DNA of 64,000 nt, from the IMG/VR virus record IMGVR_UViG_3300025132_006659; one strand, given 5' to 3'. Source of the DNA: an uncultured virus (IMG/VR IMGVR_UViG_3300025132_006659). Taxonomy: Duplodnaviria; Heunggongvirae; Uroviricota; Caudoviricetes. Below, piece after piece: positions 63,214 to 64,000 of this stretch. A model generated the notes under the pieces. It was not told the origin of the DNA. It made no database searches and saw only the letters and a program-made list of their open reading frames with translations. Both the position numbers and the translations under genes were made by a program. Each line of letters opens with the position of its first letter. Positions within the stretch are counted from its first letter, which is position 1.

Positions 63214-63998
63214 TTTATATCCTCTAACGTTATGACTATGACATGCTGATCATATCTTGGAGGGTTTGGAGAATTCAAGAGGTCCTGTAAGCTATTGCCT
63301 TCTTGCCTCTTGTTCTCCTTTCCTCTTGGGTGCGATTCTACTTTACTTATTCTAAATTTACCAGACACTATAATCTCTACTTCATCGTCTTCGAACTGCG
63401 AGAACTCATCGACGTCAGCACCCCTTGTCAATTTAGGTATATATAATATAACACCCCATTGACCTTTTTGCAAATTAGCAAAATGCTCGCCTTCCATAAA
63501 ATTATCGTAAGCAATATTCTTGTCAGTACTAAAAGAGCTAAGATTACCCACACTAATTACGTTCCCTTTCTTATACAAATCTAAACCGGCATACCTACTT
63601 TTACTAGATGTCGTCTCTTTCATACTAAGGCCTCTCCACACCTCGACAGGTTTTATTTTGGATTGAACTAGTTTCTGTAATATTACTTTAGCCTTTTCGT
63701 ATGTTTCTTTGGAAGGCTGAAACATGTCGATGATGCCATCATTAACAAACTTGAGAGCTTTGGCTTTCTTTGGATCAAAAGCATCAGGATCCCTGATCGC
63801 TGGGTAATGTCCTCCGGTAAAAATACTAATTGCTCTAAATAGCTCCCTTTCAATTGGACTATAAGCATCAAGCATGATTTGTCTAAGATCTGCGACAGAT
63901 TTGTCATAATTTTTTTCTATATCGGCCTCTTTTTCTTTTGATGTCTTGAAGGAGGTCCTAAGAATTGCGTTGGTTATTTTTTTGATTGAGTCGAAAAA
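63210..63998 (-). CDS. R-S-E class ADP-ribosyltransferase (Alt/Mod/VIP2-like); 5' end lies beyond the window
   Basis: VEVWRG, LSSFSTD and EVE motifs in order; frame stays open from 63875 to the window edge. Confidence 0.75.
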   Translation of the reverse strand, partial: FFDSIKKITNAILRTSFKTSKEKEADIEKNYDKSVADLRQIMLDAYSPIERELFRAISIFTGGHYPAIRDPDAFDPKKAKALKFVNDGIIDMFQPSKETYEKAKVILQKLVQSKIKPVEVWRGLSMKETTSSKSRYAGLDLYKKGNVISVGNLSSFSTDKNIAYDNFMEGEHFANLQKGQWGVILYIPKLTRGADVDEFSQFEDDEVEIIVSGKFRISKVESHPRGKENKRQEGNSLQDLLNSPNPPRYDQHVIVITLEDIK

Positions 63999-64000
63999 AT

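Noticed and set aside
1..64000. Stop-codon reassignment, introns or inteins
   Set aside because: Core genes are full length under the standard code, all three stops end genes, and terminase, helicase, RNR and RecA show no insertions

Overview
A 64-kb segment of a large, AT-rich, T4-like (contractile-tailed) bacteriophage genome, with almost every gene on the minus strand. Reading in the direction of transcription (high to low coordinates), it has: a partial ADP-ribosyltransferase, a CglF/GltF-like gliding-motility protein and small accessory genes; terminase, portal, prohead protease, ribosomal protein bS21, a block of fibre-like paralogues, scaffold and major capsid protein; neck, tail terminator, sheath, two tail tubes, a tail chaperone with a likely programmed frameshift, tape measure and baseplate genes; a short family-A DNA polymerase, a degenerate tubulin/FtsZ, SSB, a DUF262 protein, RecA/UvsX, a 5'-3' exonuclease, helicase, class II RNR, GroES and ThyX; and accessory enzymes (NTP-transferase-like, J-domain, deaminase, LpxH-like phosphoesterase, DNA methyltransferase). 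Two promoter classes are visible: near-consensus TTGACA-N17-TATA(A/C/G/T)T, and a recurring CTAnTTA element in front of structural genes. The most notable observations are the phage-borne CglF/GltF (pointing to a Myxococcota/Bdellovibrionota-type host), a symmetric kissing-loop RNA just downstream of the capsid gene, a shared N-terminal leader on many unrelated proteins, a pervasive [S/T]-G-S tripeptide in exposed virion proteins, a +1/-2 slippery site, and several micro-ORFs missed by the ORF track. All product calls are from motif recognition by eye; no database search was run.
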